64,000 nucleotides of DNA from Hemiscyllium ocellatum (Eukaryota): contig NC_083445.1 of the NCBI RefSeq assembly GCF_020745735.1, forward strand, positions 1,984,001 through 2,048,000, in the 5' to 3' direction. Under the pieces are notes generated by a model that was not told where the DNA came from, searched no databases, and worked only from the letters and a program-made list of their open reading frames with translations. A program made the translations under genes and the position numbers. Shown piece after piece: positions 34,457 to 47,250 of the stretch. Numbering within the stretch: position 1 is the stretch's first letter; every line of letters starts with the position of its first letter.

Positions 34457-37400
34457 CTATGCCCTCAAGTTCTGGACTCCCTGACCCCAGGGAAAAGACT
34501 TTGTCTATCCTATCCATGCTCCTCATAATTTTGTAAACTTCCACAAGGTCATCCCTCAGCATCCGATCCTTCAGGGAAAACAGCCCCAGCCTGTTCAGCC
34601 TCTCCCTATAGCTCAAATCCTCCAACTCTGGCAACATCCTTGAACCCTTTCAGGTTTCACAACATCTTTCCGATAAGGAGACCAGAATTGCACGCAATAT
34701 TCCAACAGTGGCCTAACCAATGTCCTGTACAGCCGCAACATGACCTCCCAACTCTTACACTCAATACTCTGACCAATAAAGGAAAGCATACCAAACGCCT
34801 TCTTCACTATCCTATCTACCTGTGACTCCACTTTCAAGGAGCTGTGAACCCGCACTCTAAGGTCCCTTTCTTCAGCAACACTCCCTAGGACCTTACCATT
34901 AAGTGCGTAAGTCCTGCTAAGATTTGCTTTCCCAAAATGCAGCACCTCACATTTATCTGAATTAAACTCCATCTGCCACTTCTCAGACCATTGGCCCACC
35001 TGGTCCAGATCCTGTTGTAATCTGAAGTAATCCTCTTTACTGTCCACTACACCACCAATTTCGGTGTCATCTGCAAACTTACTATCTGTACCTCTTATGC
35101 TCACATCCAAATCATTTATGTAAACGACAAAAAGTAGAGGGCCCAGCACCGATCCTTGTGGCACTCCACTGGTCACAGGCCTCCAGTCTGAAAATCAACC
35201 CTCCACCACCATCCTCTGTCTTCTACCTTTGAGCCAGTTCTGTATCTAAATGCCTAGTTCTCCCTGTATTCCATGAGATCTAACCTTGTTAATCGGTCTC
35301 CCATAGGGAACCTTGTCAAATGCCTTACTGAAGTCCATATAGATCACATCTACTGCTCTGCTCTCATCAATCCTCTTCAAAAGGTGCTACTTCTTCAAAA
35401 AACTCTATCAAGTTTGTGAGACATGATTTCCCATGCACAAAGCCATGTTGACTATCCTGAATCAGTCCTTGACTTTCCAATTACATGTACTTCCTGTTCC
35501 GTTTGCCAACCTCCAATCTTCAGGCACTTCACCTGTGACTATCAATGATGCAAATATCTCAGCAAGGGGCCCAGCAATCACTTCTCTAGCTTCCCACAGA
35601 GTTCTCATGTACGTCTGATCAGGTCCTGGGGGTTTATCCAACTTTAACCATTTCAAGACATTCAGCACTTCCTCCTCTGTAATCTGGACATTTTGCAAGA
35701 TGTCATCATCTATTTCCCTAAGGTCTATATCTTCCATATCCTATTCCACAGTAAATACTGATGCAAAATATTCATTCAGTTTCTCCCCCATTTTCTGTGG
35801 CTCCACACAAAGGATGCCTTGCTGATCTTTGAGGGGACCTATTCTCTCCCTAGTTACCCTTTTGTCCTTAATATATTTGTAAAAACCCTTTGGATTCTCC
35901 TTAATTCTATTTGCCAAAGCTATCTCATGTCCCCTTTTTGCCCTCCTGATTTCTCTTTGAAGTGTACTCCTGCTTCCTTTATACTCTCCTAAGGATTCAC
36001 TCGTCTATCCTGTCTATACCTGACATATGCTTCCTTCTTTTTCTTAATCAAACCCTCAATTTCTTTAGGCATCCAGCATTCCCTATACCTACCAGCCTTC
36101 CCTTTCACCCTGACAGGAATATACTTTCTCTGAATTCTTGTTATCTCATTTCTGAAGGCTTCTCATTTTCCACCCATCCCTTTACCTGCGAACATTTGCC
36201 TCCAATCAGCTTTTGAAAGTTCTTGCCTAATACCGTCAAAATTGGCCTTTCTCCAGTTTAGAACTTCAACTTTTAGATCTGGTCTATCCTTTTCTATCAC
36301 TATTGTAGAACGAATAGAATTATGGTCGCTGGCCCCAAAGTGCTCCCCCACTGACACCTCAGTCACCTGCCCTGCCTTATTTCCCAAGAGTAGGTCAAGT
36401 TTTGCACCTTCTCTAATAGGCACATCCACATACTGAATCAGAAAATTGTCTTGTACACACTTAAGAAATTCCTCTCCATCTAAACCTTTAACACTATGGC
36501 AGTCCCAGTTGATCTTTGGAAAGTTAAAATTCCCTACCATAACTACCTTATTATTCTTACAGATACTTTAGATCTCATTTGTTTGTTTCTCAATTTCCCT
36601 CTGATTATTAGGGGGTCTATAATACAATCCCAATGAGGTGATTTTTTATTTCTCGGTTCCACCCAAATAACTTCCCTGGATGTATTTACAGGAATATCCT
36701 CCCTCAGCACAGCTGTAATGCTATCCCATATCAAAAATGCCACTCCTCCTCCTCTCTTGCCTCCCTTTCTATCCTTCCTGTAGCATTTGTATCCTGGAAC
36801 ATTAAGCTGCCAGTCCTGCCCATCCCTGAGCCATGTTTCTGTAATTGCTATGATATCCCAGTCCCATGTTGCTAACCATTCCCTGAGTTCATCTGCCTTC
36901 CCTGTTAGGACCCTTGCATTGAAATAAATGCAATTTAATTTATTAGTCCTACCTTGTCCCTGCCTGCCCTGACTGTTTGACTCACTTCTGTTCTCAACTA
37001 TACCAGTCTCACATTGATCTCTTTCCTCAGTATCTCCCTGGTTCCCACCCCACCACCTTACTAGTTTAAATCCTCCCAAGCAGTTCTTGCAAATTTTCCT
37101 GCCAGTATATTAGTCCCCTTCCAATCTGGGTGCAATCCGTCCTTCTTGTACAGGGCACTTCTACCCCAAAAGAGATTCCAATGATCCAAAAATGTGAATC
37201 CTTCTCCCATACACCAGCTCCTCATCTGCTCGCTCCTCCTATTCCTGCCCTCACTAGCTCGTAGCACTGGGAGTAATCCAGATATTACTACCCTTGAGGA
37301 CCTCCTTTTTAAATTTCTGCCTCTCTGTAATCTCTCTTCAGAATCGCAACCTTTTTGTTTCCTATATCGTTGGTTCCAATGTGGACAATGACCTCTTGCT

Positions 37401-38589
37401 GGCCCCTCTCCCCCCTCAGAACATTCTGCACCCTCTCTGAGACATCCTTGATCCTGGCACCAGAGAAACAACATACCATTCTGCTTTTTCTCTGCTGGCC
37501 ACAGAAATGTCTGTCTGTATCTCTGACTACAGAATTCCCTAACACAACGTACCCCTCGTTGCATTAGTGCCAGTCTCAATACCAGAAACTTGGCTGTTCG
37601 TGCTACGTTCCCCTGAGAATTCATCACCCCCTACATTTTCCAAAAAAGCATACCTGTTTGAAATCAGTATATCCACAAAAGACTCCTGCCCTAGGTGCTG
37701 GCCTCTCTCATCCTTCCTGGAGTTAACCCATCTATGTGACTGTATTTGAGACTTTCCTCCTTTCCTATAACTGCATCCATCACATACTGTTGCTGTTGCA
37801 AATTCCTCATCGCTTCTATCTGTCTCTCCAACCAATCTACTCGATCTGGTAAGATTCGCATCCAACAGCATTTATGGCAGATATAATCCGCAGTAACCCT
37901 TAAGCTCTCTTTAAACTTCCACATCTGACAAGAAGTACAAATCACTGCAAAGGCCATTTTTGCTCCTTCACAATCTACAGACCCAGAAAATAACACCATC
38001 TCACTCCTCTACAAAACACTGCACCAGGTTAAATTAATAGCTATGGCTTATATTTTAAGTTTAATCAAGAGATTTATCTCCAAAAAATATATAATCAAGA
38101 AAGAACGCATTGTACTCACTCATACAGCCTTTCTCTTGGACAGACTTAAAACAACAATTAACTGATGTGATTCTGTACTGTGAACTTCGCCCAAACCGGT
38201 TCCTCCAAGATTAGTTGTGAAATTCACTGTTTGTTAATTTTCCCAGATGCACTCCAATGTCCAGCGACACATAAATTCAAAAACAACAAAGGCAATAACT
38301 GTGCAGGTTCTTTCTCTCTCTCTCTCTCTCTCCCCTGCACTGTCCTCACCATGTGCTTCCTTTGTCTATTCTTCTGACTGTGAGCAGGCTCATGGCTGTA
38401 ACACGACTGCAGAGATTCACCTGTTCTGAAATGACAGTTGGATGATAGATGCCAGCACAATATGTGGCGAAGTTTGGACATCCTGTTAATTGGAGTCGTG
38501 TTGGGGAGCAGTATCAGTGATTTTTCTTCTCTCTTCCAGACAAACCACAAGCCACAATCACAACCATCTCAGAAGACAACAAAACCATG

Positions 38590-39905
38590 GATTAGAGTAG
38601 TGCTGGAAAAGCACAGCAGGTCAGGCAGCATCCAAAGAGCAGGAAAATTGACATTTTGGGCAAAAGCCTTTTATTAGGAATAGAGGCAGGAAGCCTGCTG
38701 GGTAGAGAGATAAATGAGAGGTGGGGGGGTGTGGGGGTGGGGAGAAAGTAGCATCGAGTACAATAGGTGAATGGTGGTGACGATGGAGGTGATAGGTCAT
38801 AGAGGAGGATGGGGGAAGGTAGCAAAGAGTACAATGGGTGAATGGGGTGGGGATGAAGGTGATAGGTTAGAGGAGGGTGGAGTGGATAAGTGGAAAGGAA
38901 GATAGGCAGGTAGGACAGGTCATAGGGACGGTGCTGAAAGGTTGGAACTGGGATAAGGTGGGGGTAGGGAAAATGAGGAAACTGGTGAAGTTCACATTAA
39001 TGCCCTGGGGTTGAGGTGTTCCGAGGCAGAAGATGAGGCATTCTTCTCCGCCCTGCAGGCTCCCTGCTTCTATTTCTGATGAAGGGCTTTTGCCCGAAAC
39101 ATCGATTTTCCTGCTCCTTGGATGCTGCCTGACCTGCTGTGCTTTTCCAGCACCACTCTAATCCAGACTCGGGTTTCCAGCATCTGCAGTACTCATTTTT
39201 ACCTAGTTGATTTTAACCTTACTGCGAATCCTCTTGCAAGGATGCCTACCTTGAAGAAGTTCTCCTCCTCTCTCTACAAGAATCTCAGTGAGTCTCTCTC
39301 TCTCTCTCTCTCTCTCACTGCAACTCCCAGGTCATCTCCTCTGCCTTGAAGCTCCTCAACCATTTCCTGAAACAAACTCAAAGAATGGCTCATCTTCCGC
39401 CTCAGAACAGTTCAACCTCAGGACATCAATGTGGGCTTCACCAGTTTCCACATTTCCCCTCACCCCACCTTACCCCAGCTCTAACCTTCCAGTTCAGCAC
39501 CATCCCCATGACCTCTCCTACCTGCCTATCTTCCTTTCTACCTATCCACTCCACCCTTCTCTCTGACCTATCACCTCCATCCCCACCCCCATTCACCCAT
39601 GGTACTCTTTGCTACCTTCCCCCACCCTCCTCTCTGACCTATCACCTCCATTCCCACCCCTATTCACCCATGATACTCTTTGCTACCTTCCCCCACCCTC
39701 CTCTCTGACCTATCACACCCATCCCCAAACCCCTCTCATTTATCTCTCCACCCTGCAGGCTCCTTGCCTCTATTTCTGACAAAGTGCATTTGCCTGAAAC
39801 GTCAATTTTCCTGCTCCTCAGATGCTGCCTGACCTGTTGTGCTTTTCCAATACCACTCTAATCCAGATTCAGGTTTCCAGAATCTGCAGTCCTCATTTTT
39901 ACCTA
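38590..39905. mobile_element. Penelope-like 3' end: inverted copy plus tandem pLTRs and GIY-YIG C-terminus
   Basis: Inverted arm 38590-39050; direct repeats about 39050-39205 and 39745-39905; remnant E.WLIFRL.T.QPQ.INVGFTSF near 39385-39450. Confidence 0.8.
39072..39107 (+). ncRNA. Minimal hammerhead ribozyme motif, second Penelope family
   Basis: AUUU CUGAUGA A GGGC uuuu GCCC GAAAC AUC GAUU; core intact, and the triplet is AUC (probable CpG decay of GUC). Confidence 0.55.
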
Positions 39906-41011
39906 GATAACAAAACCATGTCTGACTTTCCAGTAAAAGTCACTAAGGATGATGAAACTACATTAAACTGTAAGTCCAATGGAAGACCCTCACCTGCAGT
40001 AGAGTGGGTAAACCTCATGAACAGCATTGAAACTAATCCCTCTGGATTTCTGCATACTCCCCATATAACCACAAAATATCAGGGAATTTATTAATGCAGA
40101 GCTATCAATCAATATGGAATTGATGAGAAACAAGTGGACATCAGGGTCAAAGGTCCATTGGTATTATTAGTTTGAGCTCCTATTTTACTACACCCTTCCT
40201 GACGATGAGACAAATGGATAAACTGTTGCCTGCCTCTAACAATGCTGCTCTGTAACTGGCCTCTGGTACATTGAGTACGGGTAATTCAGAGTGAGAATCT
40301 CTTGCATGTGCTCCTCTTTGTGTGTAGAAGCACCATCCTCCTGCTCTGTGTTTGCCCCACCTGCCTGGGGAATAACTCCAAGGCAGGAGGAGTGGGACAC
40401 TTCACAGCTGTGAATCCACACATTGCGACTCCATGGAGCAGAGTTTTGGCAGATCAGTGAGTGCAGAGCATGTCTCTGGGCTTCACTTCTCATTGTGATG
40501 GCAGCAACAGGGAAAAGCAGTGAAAAAGTACAAGCTGGAGGTACTGCAAACACAGCAGCTCAAATCAGTGTCTCAGGGAAAATACAAATGAATATTAGGG
40601 TTGAAAATTAGAAGAAAGATGGGAGATTTAATTGTGTTATTAGCAATGTAAGAGATTGGAATTATGAATTCTTAAAATTCTGGAACCAGCTTAAAATAAA
40701 TCTTGATATCAATCTGTATGGAACATTGCATTAAATTTACCTAACTGTGTGTAATTTTTGCTGACTGTAAATAGGGAATTGACAGTGAGTTGAGGGCAGA
40801 CTGCTAAGGAGTGGTGTGTGATGTGGGAAGAAAGAAAGAAGGTGAAGAATACAAGCAGGAAAACAGCCATGGAAGAGCTGAATAAAGCACACGGGACATT
40901 ACATCTGGGTTTATTATCAACAGATTTCAGAAATATTCAGACATTTTGCATTAAATATATATCCCTGCACTGTTGATGATGTAGGTATCTTTTCTTTCAA
41001 TGTTTTCATAG

Positions 41012-41232
41012 ATTTAGGATGGATAATACTAGTGACTGCAGGAATAGCAGTATTGATGGTAATTGCTGTGATGTACTGAAAATGCAGTGCCCATAAAAGA
41101 GGACAGTATAAATTAGACAAAGCAAAACCCAACAACAATGCACAAGTCATCAACGGAAAGGATCATTAGGATGGAGTTCCTTTAAAGAAACATCATCCAG
41201 AACTTGGTAGCACAACAACAATTACAAACTAG
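41012..41232 (+). pseudogene. Degenerate duplicate of TM/cytoplasmic exon
   Basis: tgttttcatag|ATTTAGGA; protein LGWIILVTAGIAVLMVIAVMY* with TGG>TGA, then KCSAHKRGQY; a second stop follows downstream. Confidence 0.82.
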
Positions 41233-41904
41233 TATGATATATGTTCTGAAGAGAAATTCCAATGATCCTGTAGTTGATATTGCATCCATCAAGTGCAGCT
41301 CATTGCAATATTAAAATTGTTTGCAGTAATTACTGTAATATTTGTAATGACAACTTATTCCTCACATTTCTTGACATTTTAGATTGTTTTTGAAATGTAG
41401 TGATCATTTTCTTTTTTTTTCAAAATCTGGATTGCCACCTGAGCTCTGGTAATTAGATTCAGCACTGATATCATCAAAGCTTTATGAAAACAATTCTCTT
41501 CCCCACTAACTGACACAAAGGCTAGATACAAGATTTGTTTATTCTGTAAAATAATTTCCTGTTGTGTCCGTTTGCTTTAATAAGATAAATATTATCTTTG
41601 TAATCTATAGTTTTCCAAATGTATGAAATGAAGACGAAATGTGAAATTTCAATTTTAAAATTTACATCATGTTTAAGTGCCTCCATGCCTTTCCTCTCTG
41701 TATCTCCATAAACTCCCCCCGCCCTGTAAACTTCCAAGAATTATATACTTCTTCAATTCAGGTATGATGAGCGTTCTGATTTTCATTGTCCTAAGATCAA
41801 TCGCAACTTTGTCTTCAGCAGCCTAGGCCCTGACCTCTGGAAGTCCTTCCCAGTCTCTTTGCCTTTAAACGTTGATTAAATTTTGTGTCACTTTCCAGCA
41901 TGCT

Positions 41905-42125
41905 TGCTTCTTTGTTAAGGCTGTGGATTGAAGTTCTTTTCAGATTTTGAGCATATAAAACTGATGCCCCGATACAGTAGTGAGGAGGGTCAGACTGCCA
42001 ATGTTGCCGTATTTTTGGCGAGTTGTGAAATAGATGCTCTGTCTCTTCTTTCAGGTGGGTGTAAAAGATTCCGTGGCTCAATTCTGAAGAAGAGCAGACA
42101 AGTTCTCCCTGGTGTAATGAGGAAT
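41905..42125 (+). mobile_element. LF-SINE-like ancient SINE fragment
   Basis: tcaggtgggtgtaaaagattccgtggctcaattctgaagaagagcag...agttctccctggtgt resembles the LF-SINE body; recalled similarity only. Confidence 0.55.
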
Positions 42126-42149
42126 ACAATCAGTCTGAACATAAAAGCA

Positions 42150-42975
42150 GATCATCTGGCGGAACGTCATGAGAAGTACCGTGATACTGATGACACAATC
42201 ACAGTGGGGCAGATATTGAACAAAGACGAGTCAAAATACAGAAAGGAGATAGAGGGCTTGGTGACGTGGTGCAATAAGAACAACCTCTCTCTCAATGTCG
42301 ACAAAACTGAAGACTCCCGTGTACATCACCAGAACTGAGGTTGAGATGGTTGAGAGTGTCAAGTTTATTGGAGTGACGATAACCAACAGTCTGTCCTGGA
42401 TTTCTCATATCGATGTGACATTCAAGAAGGCACAACAATGCCTCTTCTTGTTCAGCTGGCTCAGGAAATTAGTCATGTCCATAAGGACCCTCACCAACTT
42501 CGACAGATGCACTACTGAGAGCAAACTGACCAGGCGCACAATGGTCTGGTATGGCAACTGCTCTGCCCAGGACTATAAGAAACTATACAAGGTGGCATGC
42601 ACAGCCCAGACCATCATGGAAACCAACCTTCCATCTAGGGATTCCATTTACACAGCTCGCTGCCGCAGAAAGGCTGCTACATATAATCTAAGTCCCATTG
42701 CACCCCAGTAATGACTTTCTACAACCTCTTCCATCAGGTAGAAGGTGTAAAAGCCTGAACACACATACTAGTAGGTCCAGACACAGCTTCCTCCCAGCTG
42801 GTATTAGACTGATGAATGGACTCTCTAGTCTTAATAAGCAATGTAACCTGCATGCCTCTGTCCAAGTATTTTAATCTGTACATCCTTGTTTTCTGTGATC
42901 TGCCTGTACTGCTCGTAAACAAAGCTTTTCACTGTACTTCAGTACACATGACAATCAATTCAATGAATTCAATGC
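42150..42975 (+). mobile_element. Rex1/Babar-type LINE 3' fragment
   Basis: DDTITVGQILNKDESKYRKEIEGLVTWC..NNLSLNV and VESVKFIGVTITNSLSW.SHI...KKAQQ...WYGNCSAQD; short tcaat tail. Confidence 0.75.
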
Positions 42976-43529
42976 AATTTGAAAGGAAGACAAGTAGCCG
43001 AGATAAGGAATGGAAAACTGGGAATGCCCCACGGTCTCCTCATCAGAGAAGAATAGAAAGTACTGAGGGTGGAGGTGAACATTGGAAGGTATTTCCATTG
43101 TTACAAATTGGGACACATTTGTTCTGAATGCTGGAGGTTGAAAGGGAAACCCATGGGTCTTAAAGAAGTTTGTAAGAATAAGTCTAAAAATGAGTTAGAA
43201 AGAAAAGGCCAGAGATCAGATTGTAACTTTAACAACAACTAAGTGACAAGATGTAGATGCTGCTGTTAGTGTTGAAGAATATCAGGTAGATTAGAAATAT
43301 CAAAGATTTTTATCTAAAGGGAAGATAACCCCTTTCTCTTCAAAGGAAGCATCTCAAGGATGCAGAAATTTTCAAAGTCTTTTGCTGGATAAAGATCTAC
43401 TTTTCTCTCCAAAGAGTTCAATGAAATCTGAAGTGTTAGAAAATGGACTAGGTGGAAGATATATCCAAGTTCTATTGCTCAAGATCCAATTGGAGTGTGA
43501 CTTAATGTCTGGACTTCTGGTAGCTCCAG

Positions 43530-44290
43530 AGGTGGTGGGTACGATGGTAGTAATCTTCCAGGAAATGATCCAGAGAATTGGAAAACAGCCAATGTAACAT
43601 GCTCACTCAAAAACAAAGGGGGATTTAAACCTTTGGCTTAAACTATTGGCTAGTTAACATCTGTCATTGGTTAGATGTCCATAAGAAAGGATGTAATGGT
43701 AGTGTATTTTGAAATACATAATGAAACCAAGCAGAGTCAGCAGGATTTCATTAAGGGGATTCAATGAACATAATATTCTTGGATTTAAAAAATAATTTGA
43801 TAAAGTAGCACATGTTAGGCCTCTTAATAAATAAAAACCCTTGAGGTTGAGTGTAGGATATTAACATGGATGAGGATTGACTCTATAGAAGATAGAGTTG
43901 GGACAAAGGATCACTTTCAAGATGGCAATCTGTAACTAGTGGAGTGCTACAAGGCTCTTTGCTGGATCCACAATTATTTATAGTAGATACTAATTATTTG
44001 GAAATTAGACTGAATGTACTATTGTGGATGACACAAAATAACTTAGAAAACAAGCAGAAAATCTGAATATTATTTACATAGAAACAGTGCTGAATCTCTG
44101 GAATTCTTGAGTGCAGAGGTTACCAAGTGAATTCAAGGCTGACATACTCAAATTTTCAACCAGTAAGAGAATCAAGAATTAGGGAGAAAAGGCAGGAAAG
44201 TGAAGTTGAGGATTATCAGATCAACCACGACCTCACTGAATGGCAGAGCAGACTTGAGCCTATTGGCCTACTTCCACTCCCATGTCTTAT
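43530..44290 (+). mobile_element. Heavily decayed CR1 RT fragment (similar pieces at 22380-22660, 48150-48420, 52690-53300)
   Basis: Residual RT motifs (gtggatgacacaaaata = DDTKI; ctagtggagtgctacaagg). Confidence 0.55.
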
Positions 44291-44781
44291 GGTCATAGAG
44301 GAAAATATTCCAATTCCTGATCACTAAGTGGTAAATGGGCTCCATTGCCAGAGGAGACAGGTACCATCTGGCAAGAAATGCAGGTCAAAGTCATCATTCA
44401 CATGGGTGCTGGATAGGAATGCTCCAATTGCTACTGCAGTTGAGCACTGGGTTCACTGAAAAAATACTATATCTCCCAACTAGAAAGGGTCATCAGATAC
44501 TAGTATGATTTTGCAGCATGGTTTCGATGTTCTGTCTTCAGACTCTGCAGCAATGTCTTCATGTCAAGCTCCCTCCTAAATGATAGATATAAGAGATGGA
44601 TTTCTTCCCTCAGATGCACTGCTTCAATTGTGACTCACAATTGGGAGCTCCAGCTCAGAAATATGCATCACACGCCAACATAGATTGAGGTGGCATGGAG
44701 ACAGCAGGCTGGATGACACCAAAAGAACTCATGCACTCCATGTCTGTGGAAGTAATGTTCTGGCCAATACCATCCCTTCAA

Positions 44782-45400
44782 AGTTTGTAGCTTGGGTGCT
44801 CGTTGTTGTGGTTCTGTTCGCCGAGCTGGGAATTTGTGTTGCAGACATTTCGTCCCCTATCTAGGTGACGTCCTCAGTGCTTGGGAGCCTCCTGTGAAGC
44901 ACTTCTGTGATGTTTCCTCCGGCATTTATAGTGATTTGTATCTGCCACTTCCGATTGTCAGTTCCAGCTGTCCGCTGCAGTGGTCCGTATATTGGGTCCA
45001 GGTCGATGTGCTTATTGACTGAATCTGTGGATGAGTGCCATGCCTCCAGGAATTCCCTGGCTGTTCTCTGTTTGGCTTGCCCTATAATAGTAGAGTTGTC
45101 CCAGTCGAACTCACGTTGCTTGTCATCTGAGTCTGTGGCTACTAAGGATAGCTGGTCGTGTCGTTTCGTGGCTAGTTGGTGTTCATGGATGCGGATCGTT
45201 AGCTGTCTTCCTGTTTGTCCTATGTAGTGTTTTGTGCAGTCCTTGCATGGGATTTTGTACACTACATTGGTTTTGCTCATGCTGGGCATCTGGTCCTTCG
45301 TCCTGGTGAATTGTTGTCTGAGAGTAGCTGTTGGTTTGTGTGCTGTTATGAGTCCTAGTGGTCATAGCAGTCTGGCTGTCAGTTCATCACTAACCAGAAA
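44782..45400 (-). mobile_element. Penelope-like (Poseidon-type) 3' fragment: GIY-YIG plus pLTR
   Basis: NVVYKIPCKDCTKHYIGQTGRQL..RIHEH...REFLEAWHS; hammerhead core at 44841-44880. Confidence 0.88.
44841..44880 (-). ncRNA. Minimal hammerhead ribozyme motif
   Basis: GCA CUGAGGA C GUCACCU agau AGGGGAC GAAAU GUC UGC; one helix II mismatch; GUC cleavage triplet. Confidence 0.65.
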
Positions 45401-47017
45401 AGTTTGATGTTTATCACTGTTGGCATCCATGACAGCGAAGCAGTTCACATGCGTGGTGAACACCTTTCTTATGTGCCCTCTGTTTGTATAGAATTTCACA
45501 TTTACACCAAAACCTCCCTCAGAAGTCCCAACCCACAATTTGAGCTGTCTTGAAAAGAATTCCTGCTGTGCCATTCCATTTTGTGCTCAGGAGTTTCCTG
45601 TGCATGTTGCTGCTGCACAGCCTTCACTTCACCATCATCATTCACTTTCTAGACAATGGTATTTTGCATGTCATGCAGAGGTGCTGGACTCCTAACTGAA
45701 GGCTCTCTGTACAACGGTATTCCATATTACCATCAAGCATTTAATGTTCACAGCAGGTCTGGTGATAAAAGGTAAAGGTCATTCTGGGATTCCACGCCGA
45801 ACTGTATTATCTGCTCCTCTTCCATTGTTTGAAATAACTGTTACTTCATTCTGTTGCAGTTCATCCACATCCTCCTGATCTTTAGTTGCCTGGTGTATGG
45901 CATGGGGGGGGGGGGTGCAGGGGGGTCAGGCAGAAACAGGTTACAATGAAGTTACCATTTTGTTAGCTTGGTAAAGATAATCATTAACCAGCACAGGTCA
46001 CAAACTGTCAAAGCAGCTATTGGCCTGACTGCCTGCCTCTTTTGAGCAGCTGCACTCATAGAACAAAGAAAAGTACAGCACACATCAGGCCTTTTGGCCC
46101 CACCATGTCTGTCATGACCATGACAACTAATGGCATTAGGTTGGATGGCCCTGGAGAGGGGAAGGAAATGCTTAACAGTGTGTTTGAGGCCTTCTGCGGC
46201 TAGTGTGCATCGCAGGGTTGGCTGTACATTGTCTCCACCAAGCAACCTTTTCTTTTGAAATGTAAGTTTCCTCAAGAACCTGATTTTTTGTGGTACAGCC
46301 TCTTTCAAGAACAGTTTGTTTTTTTGTTAATGTGTTTGGTTTAATTATTAGGTTTCCAGAATATTAATAAGTATTGATTTATGGCATACCTACTGCCCTG
46401 TATCTTGACAGCAAGGTTTCTAAGTTGGGTACTGTTATGAGAATGGCAGGATATTGCAGGGCGCACCCACATTACAACTTTCCACTGAGCCTGGCCCACG
46501 AATCCCAGCTCATGACCAGCATTAATGGCGACTATCTATCTGGGAAGGATCTCAGAATGAGCAGCCTGAATCCCAGAGGGTCTTAAAGAAAACTGGTACA
46601 GAAACACATTCCATTGTGTCTTTGATTCGCATAGCTGGGACATTGGATGGACAAAGGCGTTCAAAAAGCCAAGTTAGTGCGTGAAACATTAAAATGAAAA
46701 GGAATTACTCTTGGAATTTCATCATATCATCGCCTAAAATAAATCTCTCCATTATGTCCCGGAAAGGGTGTGGGTCTCAAAGTAGCGGAATCTCTAGAAA
46801 AGCCAGGAAGCACAGTTCCGTTCTGATTCCAGCTTAGAACAGTGAAGGGCCTTCTGCTCAAACTCCACAATTATGAATTTTAGGAGGAAATCGTCGGTTG
46901 AGGGTATATCCTTCTCCGTGTTAATTTTCGGTATAACAGGTGAGGTAAAGGAAACAAAGTAAATTCGTATTACTATTTTGTCCAATGTGGGTCCAGACCT
47001 CATAACTCACTCTGGCG

Positions 47018-47027
47018 GGGGCTTTCC
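47018..47027 (+). promoter_or_regulatory. NF-kB consensus site upstream of gene B
   Basis: GGGGCTTTCC matches GGGRNNYYCC. It is followed by ETS-like ttccgg/ttcctg cores and lies in CpG-rich unique DNA about 230 bp before the candidate first ATG. Function is inferred. Confidence 0.4.
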
Positions 47028-47250
47028 GGTTTCCTGATAATATTTTAATTGAACGTTGGCACATTTTATTTTGGAGATGATAATGATGGGTTGTGTTGAA
47101 AGTTGAGATAAAGACCTAGAAAATCCTGCTCGGTGTCGATTTACCGGAAGCCTCAACTGCGGCCGTGTTGTCTCCTACAAATGGGACAAGCGCTTCGGCG
47201 GCAAACTCTTGAGGCCAAATCTCTGTCCCGTGTCGAGTGAAGGACAAGCG

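Larger units (their letters stand above)
29859..38375 (-). mobile_element. Older near-full-length CR1/HER1 LINE (antisense), host to the young CR1 and a Penelope palindrome
   Basis: Tail (ctatgact)n at 29859; broken RT (34613-35176), APE (36163-37079), esterase (37061-37627) and ORF1 N-terminus CTSC...CHKC (37691-37999). The flanks rejoin as cagat|gactgt, matching gene A's D5-D6 intron. Confidence 0.88.
38540..40152 (+). pseudogene. Degenerate duplicate of D6 exon, split by a 1.3 kb Penelope-derived insertion
   Basis: 5' part 38540-38589 (KPQATITTISEDNKTM), insertion 38590-39905, 3' part 39906-40152 (CKSNGRPSP...QGIY then TAA in place of AAA). Confidence 0.85.

Noticed and set aside
45850-45905. 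Hydrophobic frame FILLQFIHILLIFSCLVYG as an alternative signal exon for gene B
   Set aside because: There is an in-frame stop immediately upstream, no ATG and no convincing phase-1 donor.
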